Notes: a model not told the origin generated them from the letters alone. Numbered from the stretch's first letter, positions 35,322-44,624 are shown. The stretch is DNA of 64,000 nucleotides from Chloroflexi bacterium RBG_13_51_36 (GCA_001796515.1 MGMS01000054.1:19481-83480), one strand, 5' to 3'. Made by a program: numbers and translations.

Positions 35322-37466
35322 TTACATAATCCTTACCGCGTAATTTGTTATGATGCCGCCCGTCGTCAGGTCGCTGCGGAAGGACAGCACGAGATAGACC
35401 AAAGTGTAGATTTCTGCAATGTTGAGATAGCCCCTCTGGGTGATGAGTTGTACCTCGGCTGAAGTATCGTAGGGCAATATACAGCCCTCGGGTAGAACGA
35501 AGGTGTCAACATCTACTCCATCGGTATTCAAGGTAGGTAAGGCATTAGATTTGGAGTTAAAGACGTTGTTCGCAGGGTTAGGGGTACCACCCGGGTCACT
35601 CAGTGACTGGCCATTGACTTTTATATAATCATTATAGTAATGGTTATCGCCTTCGCCGACAAAATAGGTCAGGTGGCTCGTGTCCTGCTCGGAGGTAACG
35701 GGGGGAGCCAGGAAGCCGCTGATGGTAAAGGTCTCTGTATCAGGATTGCCGCCGGCGCCGACGTAACGAAAATCGTCGTAAAGATAAAGCTGGCGCTGCG
35801 TGAGCCCCGGGCTGCGGTAGAAGATAATCAGCGACCAGCCGGCATAACTCCATTGGAATTTGCTGTCATAACTACTTTGATCAGGCCTTTTATGAGCTGG
35901 AGTGGCCAGGGGATAGCCTGTACTCTGGCCTGTGGGCGTGTCATTCTCGTTATAAAGGGCAAAGTAATAATTTGCATAAGCACCCGCGGGGCTCGACTCT
36001 GGTCTGTGTAAACCCTTCACCGCATCGGCGTGCCCCATGGCAAAAGTAACCGTGCCACTGGCATCGGACTTCATCGCCTCTTCTATATATTCCTGGACAG
36101 TGACATTACCGGACACCACGAGGTTGGTGACATCTGTAAAGCACGAGTATGCCCAAGAGCCTGATACGGAGTCTGAGGTACTTTTTATTTGGTATCTATC
36201 AACGGTGATTGTTTGTGCGTTAGCGTCAACAGCAAACTTGACCTGACCGACCTTAGAATTGGCAATCAGTTGCGCATTTGTCCTGGAGCCATACGTGAGG
36301 TCTGCAATCGTGCCCCACTTATAACCCGACGGCCAGCTAGACTGATAGTACCAATAATGGTTGTCTATCCACCCCGACCAGTAGAGATAGACATTCTCTA
36401 TGGTAGCCTCTTCCGGAATATACCCCGGTGGGGCACTACCTTCCTCGATAACTTCCTCCAGCGCAATTCTCAGGACGGTGCTGCTGGTCTCCGCGTAAAG
36501 CCTATTTCTGGCGTATTGGTCGCTGCCACTTGTTGCTGTTGCTCGCGACAATCTGTGGCCTGCGGCAGTATAGTCCGATGATATGGCGGACTTGAGTTTG
36601 CGAAACTTGGTCTTGGCGCCATAGGCTTCAATCTGGAGCCCTTCGACTTCCGACACAATCTTATAAAGCCGGATGCTGTCATCCCAGCTATAAGTAATGC
36701 CGCTGACCCCCGTGGTATCAACCCAGGAGGATACAAGCTCGGGAAGTTGCCCCTCCGGCCCTGTGTACTTGAAGGTGAATGTTTTTACCATGGGAGGGCC
36801 AAGCTCACCAAGGGGAAAGTTTTTAAGAGCAGGCTGAGAGGCAAAGGTCCAGACCACGGCTTGACCGCCTTTATAGAGGGTAACAACCGGTGCAGAGTAA
36901 AAAGATTGGCCCTCAAGGCTACAACCGCCATCATACTCGAAGCCGGGGGACAGCCATACCCCTATGGTCTTGACCTTCAAGTCGTCATCATAGCCGGGCT
37001 CCCAGTAATAGACTATCTTGATTTCGTATGTTAACGCGGTGCTGCTGGGATAGCCGATTATCATCAGCTCCTCATCCTCGATAATCTGCCTTGCCGTGGC
37101 GGGGGTTGGGACAGACATGTCCTTGGGGATCCATGTGTTCTGCATAGCAACAGTTACATTCTTACCGTTCAAATATAAGTCATAAGGATAGGGATAGGAG
37201 GTAGAATAGTCATATTCATCATAACCTCCACCGAGTACTTCCTCGATGCTGTCATACCTTATGTGCCACAGGGCATCTTCAATACCGGCATCGGCGGCAT
37301 AAAGCTTATCAATCTGTTGCTCATAGACCCGACCCGTGCTGATGCCGGTGCCCATGAAGTTCAGGGTAGGGGTCAAGACGAGCAAGCCTACAAGGAGAAA
37401 CAGTAAAGTACTGAGCAGCGCCTGCCCTTTTTCATCTCTTACCGGTCTTTGCACAGCAATTTTCAT
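35322..37466 (-). CDS. large pilus-associated protein with PilX-N-like hydrophobic N-terminus (candidate tip/adhesin)
   Basis: About 714 aa. The N-terminus GQALLSTLLFLLVGLLVLTPTL resembles the PilX N-terminal segment, and the rest has no recognised family. It is embedded between the minor pilins and pilO. The track ORF begins one codon earlier, at a GTG. Confidence 0.6.
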   Translation of the reverse strand: MKIAVQRPVRDEKGQALLSTLLFLLVGLLVLTPTLNFMGTGISTGRVYEQQIDKLYAADAGIEDALWHIRYDSIEEVLGGGYDEYDYSTSYPYPYDLYLNGKNVTVAMQNTWIPKDMSVPTPATARQIIEDEELMIIGYPSSTALTYEIKIVYYWEPGYDDDLKVKTIGVWLSPGFEYDGGCSLEGQSFYSAPVVTLYKGGQAVVWTFASQPALKNFPLGELGPPMVKTFTFKYTGPEGQLPELVSSWVDTTGVSGITYSWDDSIRLYKIVSEVEGLQIEAYGAKTKFRKLKSAISSDYTAAGHRLSRATATSGSDQYARNRLYAETSSTVLRIALEEVIEEGSAPPGYIPEEATIENVYLYWSGWIDNHYWYYQSSWPSGYKWGTIADLTYGSRTNAQLIANSKVGQVKFAVDANAQTITVDRYQIKSTSDSVSGSWAYSCFTDVTNLVVSGNVTVQEYIEEAMKSDASGTVTFAMGHADAVKGLHRPESSPAGAYANYYFALYNENDTPTGQSTGYPLATPAHKRPDQSSYDSKFQWSYAGWSLIIFYRSPGLTQRQLYLYDDFRYVGAGGNPDTETFTISGFLAPPVTSEQDTSHLTYFVGEGDNHYYNDYIKVNGQSLSDPGGTPNPANNVFNSKSNALPTLNTDGVDVDTFVLPEGCILPYDTSAEVQLITQRGYLNIAEIYTLVYLVLSFRSDLTTGGIITNYAVRIM

Positions 37467-37480
37467 CACTTTGCCTTATT

Positions 37481-37566
37481 GTCATTGTGAGCGAAGCGTG
37501 GCAATCTCCATCCTCACCAACCCCACCGAGATTGCTTCGGCTGACTTCGGCAGCCTCGCAACGACA
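37481..37566. repeat. family A inverted pair between two pilus genes
   Basis: gtcattgtgagcgaagcgtggcaatctc ... gagattgcttcggctgacttcggcagcctcgcaacgaca. Confidence 0.65.
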
Positions 37567-37748
37567 AAAGAGGTCGTAAAATAAACTGGGCAACTACATT
37601 ATCAAACATTTCCGCTGGATAACAGTATAATGTAATTCTCTCTGGCGTCAATCACCCGTCAGTACTGTGTTTCTGGTAATAGCCCATCCGTACTATCATT
37701 ACAGACACCTCGCTTTGCAGGGCAGAAGCACCAGATAATATCCGGCCA

Positions 37749-38570
37749 TTATGATGCTGGTTTGGGCACAACTTTATATATCCTGGTTTCCTCTGTCTGC
37801 TGTCCACCGGTGCCCACCGTAGCAGTTACCGTGAAAATCAGCATCTTACAGTCACTGAGAGTAGCAGATTGTGCGCCGCTATCCACGGTTATGCCAGCAG
37901 TGGCAGCCTGAATTTCGGATGTCCAGCTGCCTATTGTGCCGGAGCTGGTGGCGGCAACTGTAATAATGTCCCCGGCCGTGGTTGTTGTCCACTCATGAGT
38001 ATCCGCGTCATAGGTAGCACCGCCAGCGGTGATGACCGAGATGGTTCCTGCGCTAACGATTATTGCGCCATTATCAGGTGTCGCCTCACCGGTAATATTG
38101 AACGCGTCACCAATATCAGGCAGGTTAAAGGCACTGCCACCACTAAATTTGCAATTGGTTTTAGTTTTGTCAGGGTTAATCACCTCAAACGCAGGAATCT
38201 TACCGGTTTTCTCCTCATCAAGGACACCATCGACAGAGTAGCTCCCCCTGAGACCCGAGCTATCCAGGCTAAAAACAATCTCATGCCTTTCATCCGTGTC
38301 AAAATCGATCCAGTCCAGGATAAGGGGAAACCCTGAATCTCCGGTTATTTCCGTGCCTTGAGCCGAATAGGCATATAAGCTAACCCAATAGCCAGCCTCC
38401 TGCACCTGCCTGACCGCGACCATATGGTTAGCGCTGCGGGTACTCCCGGTAAACGTCTGGAAAATAACCATGGTAACAGCCGCGGCGATTATTCCGCCAA
38501 GAGCGATAGCTATTAGCAGCTCAAGCAGAGTAAAACCCTTCTCACCTTTCTTCATCTTCTTCATCTTCAT
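37749..38570 (-). CDS. minor pilin (prepilin-type N-terminal cleavage/methylation domain)
   Basis: MKMKKMKKGEKG / FTLLELLIAIALGGIIAAAV, 273 aa. Confidence 0.85.
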   Translation of the reverse strand: MKMKKMKKGEKGFTLLELLIAIALGGIIAAAVTMVIFQTFTGSTRSANHMVAVRQVQEAGYWVSLYAYSAQGTEITGDSGFPLILDWIDFDTDERHEIVFSLDSSGLRGSYSVDGVLDEEKTGKIPAFEVINPDKTKTNCKFSGGSAFNLPDIGDAFNITGEATPDNGAIIVSAGTISVITAGGATYDADTHEWTTTTAGDIITVAATSSGTIGSWTSEIQAATAGITVDSGAQSATLSDCKMLIFTVTATVGTGGQQTEETRIYKVVPKPAS

Positions 38571-38663
38571 TGTGTTTGAGATTCAGTCGCGACTATACAG
38601 AAACTCCACATCGCACGCTCTCATTCGTAATTCGCGGTTTCTGAATTCTCAATACCCCTTTCG

Positions 38664-39191
38664 TTATCGGTCTACTTTGTAGCCCTCTAATGTGATTTCT
38701 ACGCCGTCAGCCCAGTAAGGATTGTCGTTAATAAAGGTGTATATCACCTTATCCTGGTTGTATTTGTCCTTGTGCGTGACCACGAGCGATATCTTCTGAA
38801 GGCCGTTGTCCATGTCGGCTGGCTTATTGTTTTCGCTATCCCAGGGTATACCTGTTATTTGTTCAACCTTCTCACCATTAATATCGACGCTCCAGAGAGA
38901 GTAACCCTCAGGGATACCGTCAATTTTTTGATAAATGGGGTCAGTCACCATCGTCTCAGGGCTGTAACTCTGACTTTTAACATATTCCATCTGCCTTCTG
39001 GATAGACTTTCGGCAGTGGTTCGCTCATCGGCAAGAATCAGGACATTAGAGGAAGTAGACAGGGCGCTCATGAAGGCGATGCTAATTACTCCCAGGATGG
39101 CTATGGCTAGCAGTACCTCAATAAAAGTTAAGCCCCTGGAGCGGCCTTCAAGAACTCTCCTTACCCGGCTATTCAATCTTAGTTTTTTCAT
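38664..39191 (-). CDS. minor pilin (prepilin-type N-terminal domain, degenerate)
   Basis: ...RSRG / LTFIEVLLAIAILGVISIAF. I place the start at ATG 39191. The longer track ORF (to 39344) runs through family A repeats. Confidence 0.7.
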   Translation of the reverse strand: MKKLRLNSRVRRVLEGRSRGLTFIEVLLAIAILGVISIAFMSALSTSSNVLILADERTTAESLSRRQMEYVKSQSYSPETMVTDPIYQKIDGIPEGYSLWSVDINGEKVEQITGIPWDSENNKPADMDNGLQKISLVVTHKDKYNQDKVIYTFINDNPYWADGVEITLEGYKVDR

Positions 39192-39213
39192 TTTCCCACC
39201 ATTTCCACAAAGT

Positions 39214-39349
39214 GTGGCAATTCCCTTGTCCCCACCAAGATTGGTTCGGCTGGCTTGGCCAGCCTCGCAATGCCAGGCGGGGAGTGCGTGCCAATCCCCT
39301 TGCCCCACGGGGATTGCTCCGTGCCGATAAATCGGGACTGGCAATGACG
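39214..39349. repeat. cluster of family A units between minor pilin and pilC
   Basis: aagattggttcggctggcttggccagcctcgcaatgcca, ggcggggagtgcgtgccaatccc and gggattgctccgtgccgataaatcgggactggcaatgacg. Confidence 0.6.
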
Positions 39350-39409
39350 GGGGATTTTCGTATCACCAATTCTGTAAATCACCATATATGCCCCGCTAAT
39401 AATCCTCAC

Positions 39410-40624
39410 CTATAAATTCACCTGCCTATAGACAGAATACATAGCTGATACCATGGCTAGGACAATAAAACCAATCACCAAACCCAGAATTACCGTCGTC
39501 ACTGGCTGAATAAGCGCCACAACCGCGTTGGTCTTGTCATTAGCATCGGCCTCAAAGCTGTCGGCTACGGTATTCAGCGTGTTCTCGAGGTTACCGGTTT
39601 CCTCACCAACCTTCACCATTTGCGTCATCATAGGCAAGAAGATGTTCCTCTTTTCCATAGGTCGGGACAAGCCTTCACCTCTGATTAAATCCTGCTGAAC
39701 TCCGGTCAGATTCTCATCCACAACCTTATTGCTGATACTATGAATGGTTACGGCCAGAACTTCTGGCAGAGGTAAGCCGACTCTGATTAACAATGACATA
39801 GTCCGGCAACAGCGGGAAAGCTCACCGAGCTGGATAACACGCCCAACTAAAGGCAAACGAAGCATCATTTGATCCCGGCGGTACCTACCGGTCGGGGTCC
39901 TGCTATAGAGATAGGCTGCGCCAATAGCAATTAGAAACACAAGCAACAGGTAAAGCCCAAATTTGTTAAGCCAACCAGCAACGCCCATAAGGATTCTGGT
40001 GGCCAGAGGTAACTCAGCTCCGAGTTGAGAATAGAAGCCGACAAAGGTGGGAAAAACAAGGTTGACCAATATAAATACGACACCAACGGCTACAGCAACT
40101 ATGATAAGGGGATAGGTCAAGGCCCCCTTTATCTTCTTTTGAGTGACGGTTCCCTTTTCCATATAATCGGCCATTTGCCTCAGCACCACCTCCAGGTTAC
40201 CACCTTGCTCACCAGCAGCTATGGCCCGGTGGAACATCGGAGAGAAAGCCTGGGGGTATTTGCTTAAAGCGGTTGACAGCGAACTACCACCACGAATATC
40301 CGCAGCTGTAGCACCGACTATCTTCTTCAAAGTTTGATTATCTATCTGACTTTGTAGTAAGTCTAAAGAAGTAACAATATCGGTGCCTGATTCAAGGAGT
40401 AAGGCTAATTGGCGGGAAAACATGATTATTTCCGCCGGCTTTACCCCGGCAAAGAAGCCTCGCAGTCTCTCTTTATTCAGCCGGGGACGAACTGACTTAA
40501 GGCTGAGCACCCGATAGCCGCCATAGGCCAGAAGTTCAGTTGCCGACTCTTCACTAGCAGCCGAAACCTTGCCACTAATTAATTTCTTCTCTTCATCAGC
40601 ATAAGCTACGTAAGTAAAATTCAT
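39410..40624 (-). CDS. pilC: type IV pilus platform protein PilC (GspF family)
   Basis: 404 aa with a duplicated GspF-type domain and 3 TM segments. A GGAGGG SD is present, and the gene follows pilB. Confidence 0.9.
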   Translation of the reverse strand: MNFTYVAYADEEKKLISGKVSAASEESATELLAYGGYRVLSLKSVRPRLNKERLRGFFAGVKPAEIIMFSRQLALLLESGTDIVTSLDLLQSQIDNQTLKKIVGATAADIRGGSSLSTALSKYPQAFSPMFHRAIAAGEQGGNLEVVLRQMADYMEKGTVTQKKIKGALTYPLIIVAVAVGVVFILVNLVFPTFVGFYSQLGAELPLATRILMGVAGWLNKFGLYLLLVFLIAIGAAYLYSRTPTGRYRRDQMMLRLPLVGRVIQLGELSRCCRTMSLLIRVGLPLPEVLAVTIHSISNKVVDENLTGVQQDLIRGEGLSRPMEKRNIFLPMMTQMVKVGEETGNLENTLNTVADSFEADANDKTNAVVALIQPVTTVILGLVIGFIVLAMVSAMYSVYRQVNL

Positions 40625-40641
40625 GGATGCCCTCCAAACTG

Positions 40642-43011
40642 CTAAGTTACGACATAGGCATTGCGCAGTATTTCAGAAGGAGTGGTAATACCTTCCTTTA
40701 CCTTGCGCATACCATCGTTCCCTATAGATACCATACCTTCTTCAAGTGCCCGAGCTCGGATGGTACTACTGTTGGCTTGATTACAAACTAGCTCTCTTAT
40801 CGAGTCACTCACAGTTAGAATCTCAAAGATTCCCGTACGCCCCAGGTAACCGGTATAGGAGCAGGACTTACAGCCGGTACCATACAGGAACTTGGTTTGC
40901 TTCTCCCCCATTTCCTTTTCATAAGCCATCTGCTCGACCAAGGGGGGCTCAACAAGGCGACCACAATCAGGGCAAATGCGACGCACCATCCGCTGAGCGA
41001 CAACACCAACAACCGCTGAGGCTATCAAGAAGGGCTCTATCTTCAGATCAAGAAGACGGGAGAGTACACCGGCAACCTCATTGGCGTGGATAGAAGACAG
41101 CATCAGGTGCCCGGTTAAGGCTGCCTGGACAGCTATGTGAGCTGTCTCGGAATCGCGTATTTCACCGACCAGTATTACATCAGGGTCAAGACGAAGTATG
41201 GACCTCAAACCACTGGCAAAAGTAATGCCGGCCTGGGAGTTAACCTGAATCTGGCTAATATCCTTGAATCGGTACTCAGCAGGATCTTCAATAGTAATCA
41301 TGTTTCTCCCCTGAGTATCAAGGGAACTAATTGAGGCATACAGGGTAGTAGTCTTGCCAGCTCCGGTAGGGCCGCTGATCAGAAGCATACCATAGGGAAC
41401 CTTGAGCAGACTTTCATACTTTTCCAGGCTATCGGGTAGCATACCAAGCTCTGCTAACCCCAGAGTAGCCAGGGACTTATCCAGAAGCCGCAGGACTGCT
41501 GTTTCACCCCAGACAGTGGGAGCGGTAGCGACTCTGATATCTATCGGTCGCCCTTTAGCCTCGGTAGAGAACTGACCATCCTGAGGGCGAAAATGGTCAG
41601 CGATATTCATTTCAGCGAGAATCTTAATTCGTGAAATGAGCGCCCGGTGTACGGTCAGTGGTAGAGCCATCGTATCTTGAAGGGTGCCATCTATACGATA
41701 GCGTATGCGCAATCTATCTTCTTCTGGCTCAATATGAATGTCAGACGCGCGGGCTTTAACGGCCTCTTCAATTATAAGGTTGAGAGCCTGCACCAGAGGG
41801 GTATCAGTAGCAACTCTAGTGGCAAGCTTCTCATCAGTTGTTTCATCAGGGATGGAGATACGAGAAACCTGCTTTTCAATTTCACCATAGGCTTTATAAT
41901 TGAAGTCAATAGCGTCTCTGACTTCCTGGGCAGTGGCAGCTATAGGCTTAATCCTCATTCGACTCTGGGCGGAAAGAGCCTCCAGAGCAAAGATATCAGT
42001 CGGGTCTGCCATAGCCACTTCCAGTGTCTTACCAGATATAGTCATAGGTATGGCATTGTACTTTCTGGCCATCACCTCGGGAATCAATTGTAGTGCCTCA
42101 GGTTGGGGCATCTGCCTCAACAGCTTGGCCCGAACCTTATCTGTCTTGACCGGCTTCTCTGCTCCTCGAATAGGTAATTCTTCAATCACAGGTTTAGAAC
42201 CTGGTTTCTGGACCAGTTTAAGGACTTTTATCTGCTGGTGCTGGGCAAATTGCCGCGCCTCGGGACTAAGCTCCATCGTCACCATAATGACCTTCTCGTC
42301 AACACCAACTTCGAAGGCCTTGGTATCAAATAGCATCACCTGTTGAAGGCTCACTTCCTTGTCCCCATCGAGGAAATCGATGCCCGCTCTACGCTGAACG
42401 TCACCGATTTCGGCATGAGCCAGAATATCGAAGGTAAATTCAATCCCCGACCGGCCTTTGACTCTGGCCTTCTCCTTTATTCGATAGCCACGGTCGATTA
42501 GCGACCTGACCAGTTCTTCCTTTGTCCCAAACCTGACTGGCTCCTCAGGCTTGGCTGGCCGCGCGGCCTGTGCAGCCACCAGTTCCCCGATTTGTTCTCC
42601 GTCAATAACCTTTATTCTTTGTTTGCGGGCCAGCTGTTTCGCCTCTTGACTGAGATCAGGAATAGCGACAAGAATTCTGTCAAGGATGCCGGAGTCATAC
42701 GCTTTATTGGCAAGGCTGAAAATAGTGCCCACCTCTATCTCACGGTCACCACCACCCCCAATGCCTATGGCAATAGTGTAGCTGGTGAAGCCGTCGTCTC
42801 TTTGGGCCAGCATATCAAAGGTATGCTCGATTCCCGAGTTCCCGAGGCGTTTAGCACCCTCGGTTACGGTATAACCCTGCTGCTCCAGATACTCTATAAT
42901 CTGTGCCCTGATCTTCGAATTAGCCTCCATCTCAGGCGTGCCCTTATACACCTTGTGTGACTCGGGCACAGTGTAATTCGCCAACTGGTTGAAGTCAATA
43001 TTCTTACCCAT
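40642..43011 (-). CDS. pilB: type IV pilus assembly ATPase PilB/GspE with ~265-aa N-terminal extension (two Hjc/Mrr-like modules)
   Basis: 789 aa. The C-terminal part has a T2SSE_N-like domain, Walker A GPTGAGKTTT, and the tetracysteine motif CPDC...CKSC. The N-terminus carries two copies of the module found in the 24516-25877 protein: YLEQQGYTVTEGAKRLGNSGIEHTFDMLAQRDDG... and LIDRGYRIKEKARVKGRSGIEFTFDILAHAE... Confidence 0.9.
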   Translation of the reverse strand: MGKNIDFNQLANYTVPESHKVYKGTPEMEANSKIRAQIIEYLEQQGYTVTEGAKRLGNSGIEHTFDMLAQRDDGFTSYTIAIGIGGGGDREIEVGTIFSLANKAYDSGILDRILVAIPDLSQEAKQLARKQRIKVIDGEQIGELVAAQAARPAKPEEPVRFGTKEELVRSLIDRGYRIKEKARVKGRSGIEFTFDILAHAEIGDVQRRAGIDFLDGDKEVSLQQVMLFDTKAFEVGVDEKVIMVTMELSPEARQFAQHQQIKVLKLVQKPGSKPVIEELPIRGAEKPVKTDKVRAKLLRQMPQPEALQLIPEVMARKYNAIPMTISGKTLEVAMADPTDIFALEALSAQSRMRIKPIAATAQEVRDAIDFNYKAYGEIEKQVSRISIPDETTDEKLATRVATDTPLVQALNLIIEEAVKARASDIHIEPEEDRLRIRYRIDGTLQDTMALPLTVHRALISRIKILAEMNIADHFRPQDGQFSTEAKGRPIDIRVATAPTVWGETAVLRLLDKSLATLGLAELGMLPDSLEKYESLLKVPYGMLLISGPTGAGKTTTLYASISSLDTQGRNMITIEDPAEYRFKDISQIQVNSQAGITFASGLRSILRLDPDVILVGEIRDSETAHIAVQAALTGHLMLSSIHANEVAGVLSRLLDLKIEPFLIASAVVGVVAQRMVRRICPDCGRLVEPPLVEQMAYEKEMGEKQTKFLYGTGCKSCSYTGYLGRTGIFEILTVSDSIRELVCNQANSSTIRARALEEGMVSIGNDGMRKVKEGITTPSEILRNAYVVT

Positions 43012-43116
43012 GTCTCAACTCAAGTTAATCAGGGCGCAACAAGCCACCCCTTTTGTAACCTAAGTACAATTTATCACACAGCACTGGTTTGTCAATAGAA
43101 CTTTTGGGGGGTATCT

Positions 43117-43228
43117 CAGTGGTCAGGGGTCCGTGGTCAGGGATTAGGAGTCAGGAGTTGGCAATCAGGAGCTCAACTATCGGCGCACAAGGAGACTGAA
43201 GACTGGAAACTGATGGCTGACGGCTGGG
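43117..43228. repeat. low-complexity GGTCAGG/AGTCAGGAG/CTGA pseudo-repeat tract
   Basis: cagtggtcaggggtccgtggtcagggattaggagtcaggagttggcaatcaggag ... ggagactgaagactggaaactgatggctgacggctggg. Confidence 0.4.
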
Positions 43229-43315
43229 TGCTTATGCCCGGGCCTTAACGCCCGCAATCGGGTGCTCGACCGCCTCTATTGGGGCAAACCACTACAAGTG
43301 CCTGCGAAGTGGCAA

Positions 43316-44020
43316 TCAGATCTCGCCAAAATCCTCTAGCGCCCTCCGTGGTTTTACCTCCGGTGAAATCCAGCCGCTGCGCAGGGCAAGGGCAACGGCG
43401 TGGGCCCTGTCATTGGCATTCAGCTTGCGAAGGATGGCGCTGACATGATTCTTAATTGTCTGCTCGCTTATCGTCAAGATACGGGCGATTTCTTTATTCG
43501 AGTTGCCTTCAGCGACGTAGGTTAGAATCTGCGTTTCCCTCTTAGTGAGGGGAGCGGCTACGCCTTCCATAGTCTTGGCAAGACCGCGAAACTGGTTCAA
43601 GACCTGCTTGGCAACCTTAGGCCTGGTCATCAAGCTTTCGTTGATGGGATACTCACCACCGTGGGCTCGCCTTATGGTATTGGCCAGTTCATCGCCGGTG
43701 GCCCTCTTGCTCAAGCAGCCTGCGGCGGCGGTTTTGATGACCTCAAAAAGCTCTTCATCATTGGGGTCAGGGCTCAGCACTATCACTTTGGTATTCGGAT
43801 AGTATTGGGCGATCTTCCTGCTCAGGTCAATCCCGCTAAGGCTGGTCAGGTCAGAGCCCAGCAAAACCACATCAGGGAGATTAGCTTCAATCAGCTCCAG
43901 CGCATTCTGAGCGGGATCGCACTCCAGCACCTCCAAATCCGATTGTTGGGACAACGCCTGGCGCACGCCGGTCCTGAACATTGCCTGCTCATCAATTATC
44001 ATCACTTTTATCTTGTCCAA
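43316..44020 (-). CDS. response regulator, NarL/FixJ (LuxR-type HTH) family
   Basis: Has a REC domain (VMIIDEQ...DVVLLGSDL) and a C-terminal LTKRETQILTYVAEGNSNKEIA HTH. The start is TTG, with AGGAGGTG 5 nt upstream. Confidence 0.9.
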   Translation of the reverse strand: MDKIKVMIIDEQAMFRTGVRQALSQQSDLEVLECDPAQNALELIEANLPDVVLLGSDLTSLSGIDLSRKIAQYYPNTKVIVLSPDPNDEELFEVIKTAAAGCLSKRATGDELANTIRRAHGGEYPINESLMTRPKVAKQVLNQFRGLAKTMEGVAAPLTKRETQILTYVAEGNSNKEIARILTISEQTIKNHVSAILRKLNANDRAHAVALALRSGWISPEVKPRRALEDFGEI

Positions 44021-44227
44021 CAGTCACCTCCTGACGAAGTCTCGCACCCTCAATCCAGATACTTCCCCGTTTCCGAGACCTGGCTCCGTTGATTTATCGT
44101 ATAATGTATTCTCTCTGATGTCAATATTATATCATCTTGCGCTGTCGGGCATCCGGGAGTCTTGACAAGCGTCGATGGGGTAGTATAATAGTAGTAGGCC
44201 GAAAGTACCGGAGAACGGCGTGGAAAA

Positions 44228-44518
44228 ATGAATCGACGAAGGTCTAATATAGAGATAATAGCAGACATGCTCCGGGTGGGAGAGAATGGTGCTGGCAAGA
44301 CGGAGATCATGTACAGCGCCAATATGAGCTACGCTCAGATACAAAAGTACCTTGGCTTCCTTGTGAGCCACGGTTTCATCAACAAAGTGAAGCTGGGAAA
44401 TCCCTCAGTCAGCTATCAGGTAACGGTCAAAGGAGGAGAGCTGCTCAGAAACATAGACAGCATAGTTGAAGTGCTTGAGTTCCGAAACGGCAACGGGCAT
44501 AACGGCAATGGAGCTTGA
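44228..44518 (+). CDS. winged-helix DNA-binding protein (archaeal-type wHTH)
   Basis: 96 aa. RRSNIEIIADMLRV...GKTEIMYSANMSYAQIQKYLGFLVSHGFI follows the wHTH pattern. Confidence 0.55.
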   Translation: MNRRRSNIEIIADMLRVGENGAGKTEIMYSANMSYAQIQKYLGFLVSHGFINKVKLGNPSVSYQVTVKGGELLRNIDSIVEVLEFRNGNGHNGNGA

Positions 44519-44542
44519 GCCCGGAATGTTGTGAAGTCGTAC

Positions 44543-44580
44543 AGGGGTGGCTAGAGTGGAGTGAGGTCACCCCTTATTTG
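44543..44580 (+). terminator. possible rho-independent terminator
   Basis: A 7-bp stem AGGGGTG/CACCCCT with a large loop is followed by tatttg. Confidence 0.35.
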
Positions 44581-44624
44581 ATGCAAAAAATATACAGAAG
44601 GAGTTGTTATGACAGGAGCGGTAC

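Noticed and set aside
39192-39344. N-terminal extension of the minor pilin ORF (track start 39344).
   Set aside because: The extension is encoded by family A repeats. The prepilin-type leader begins at the internal ATG 39191.
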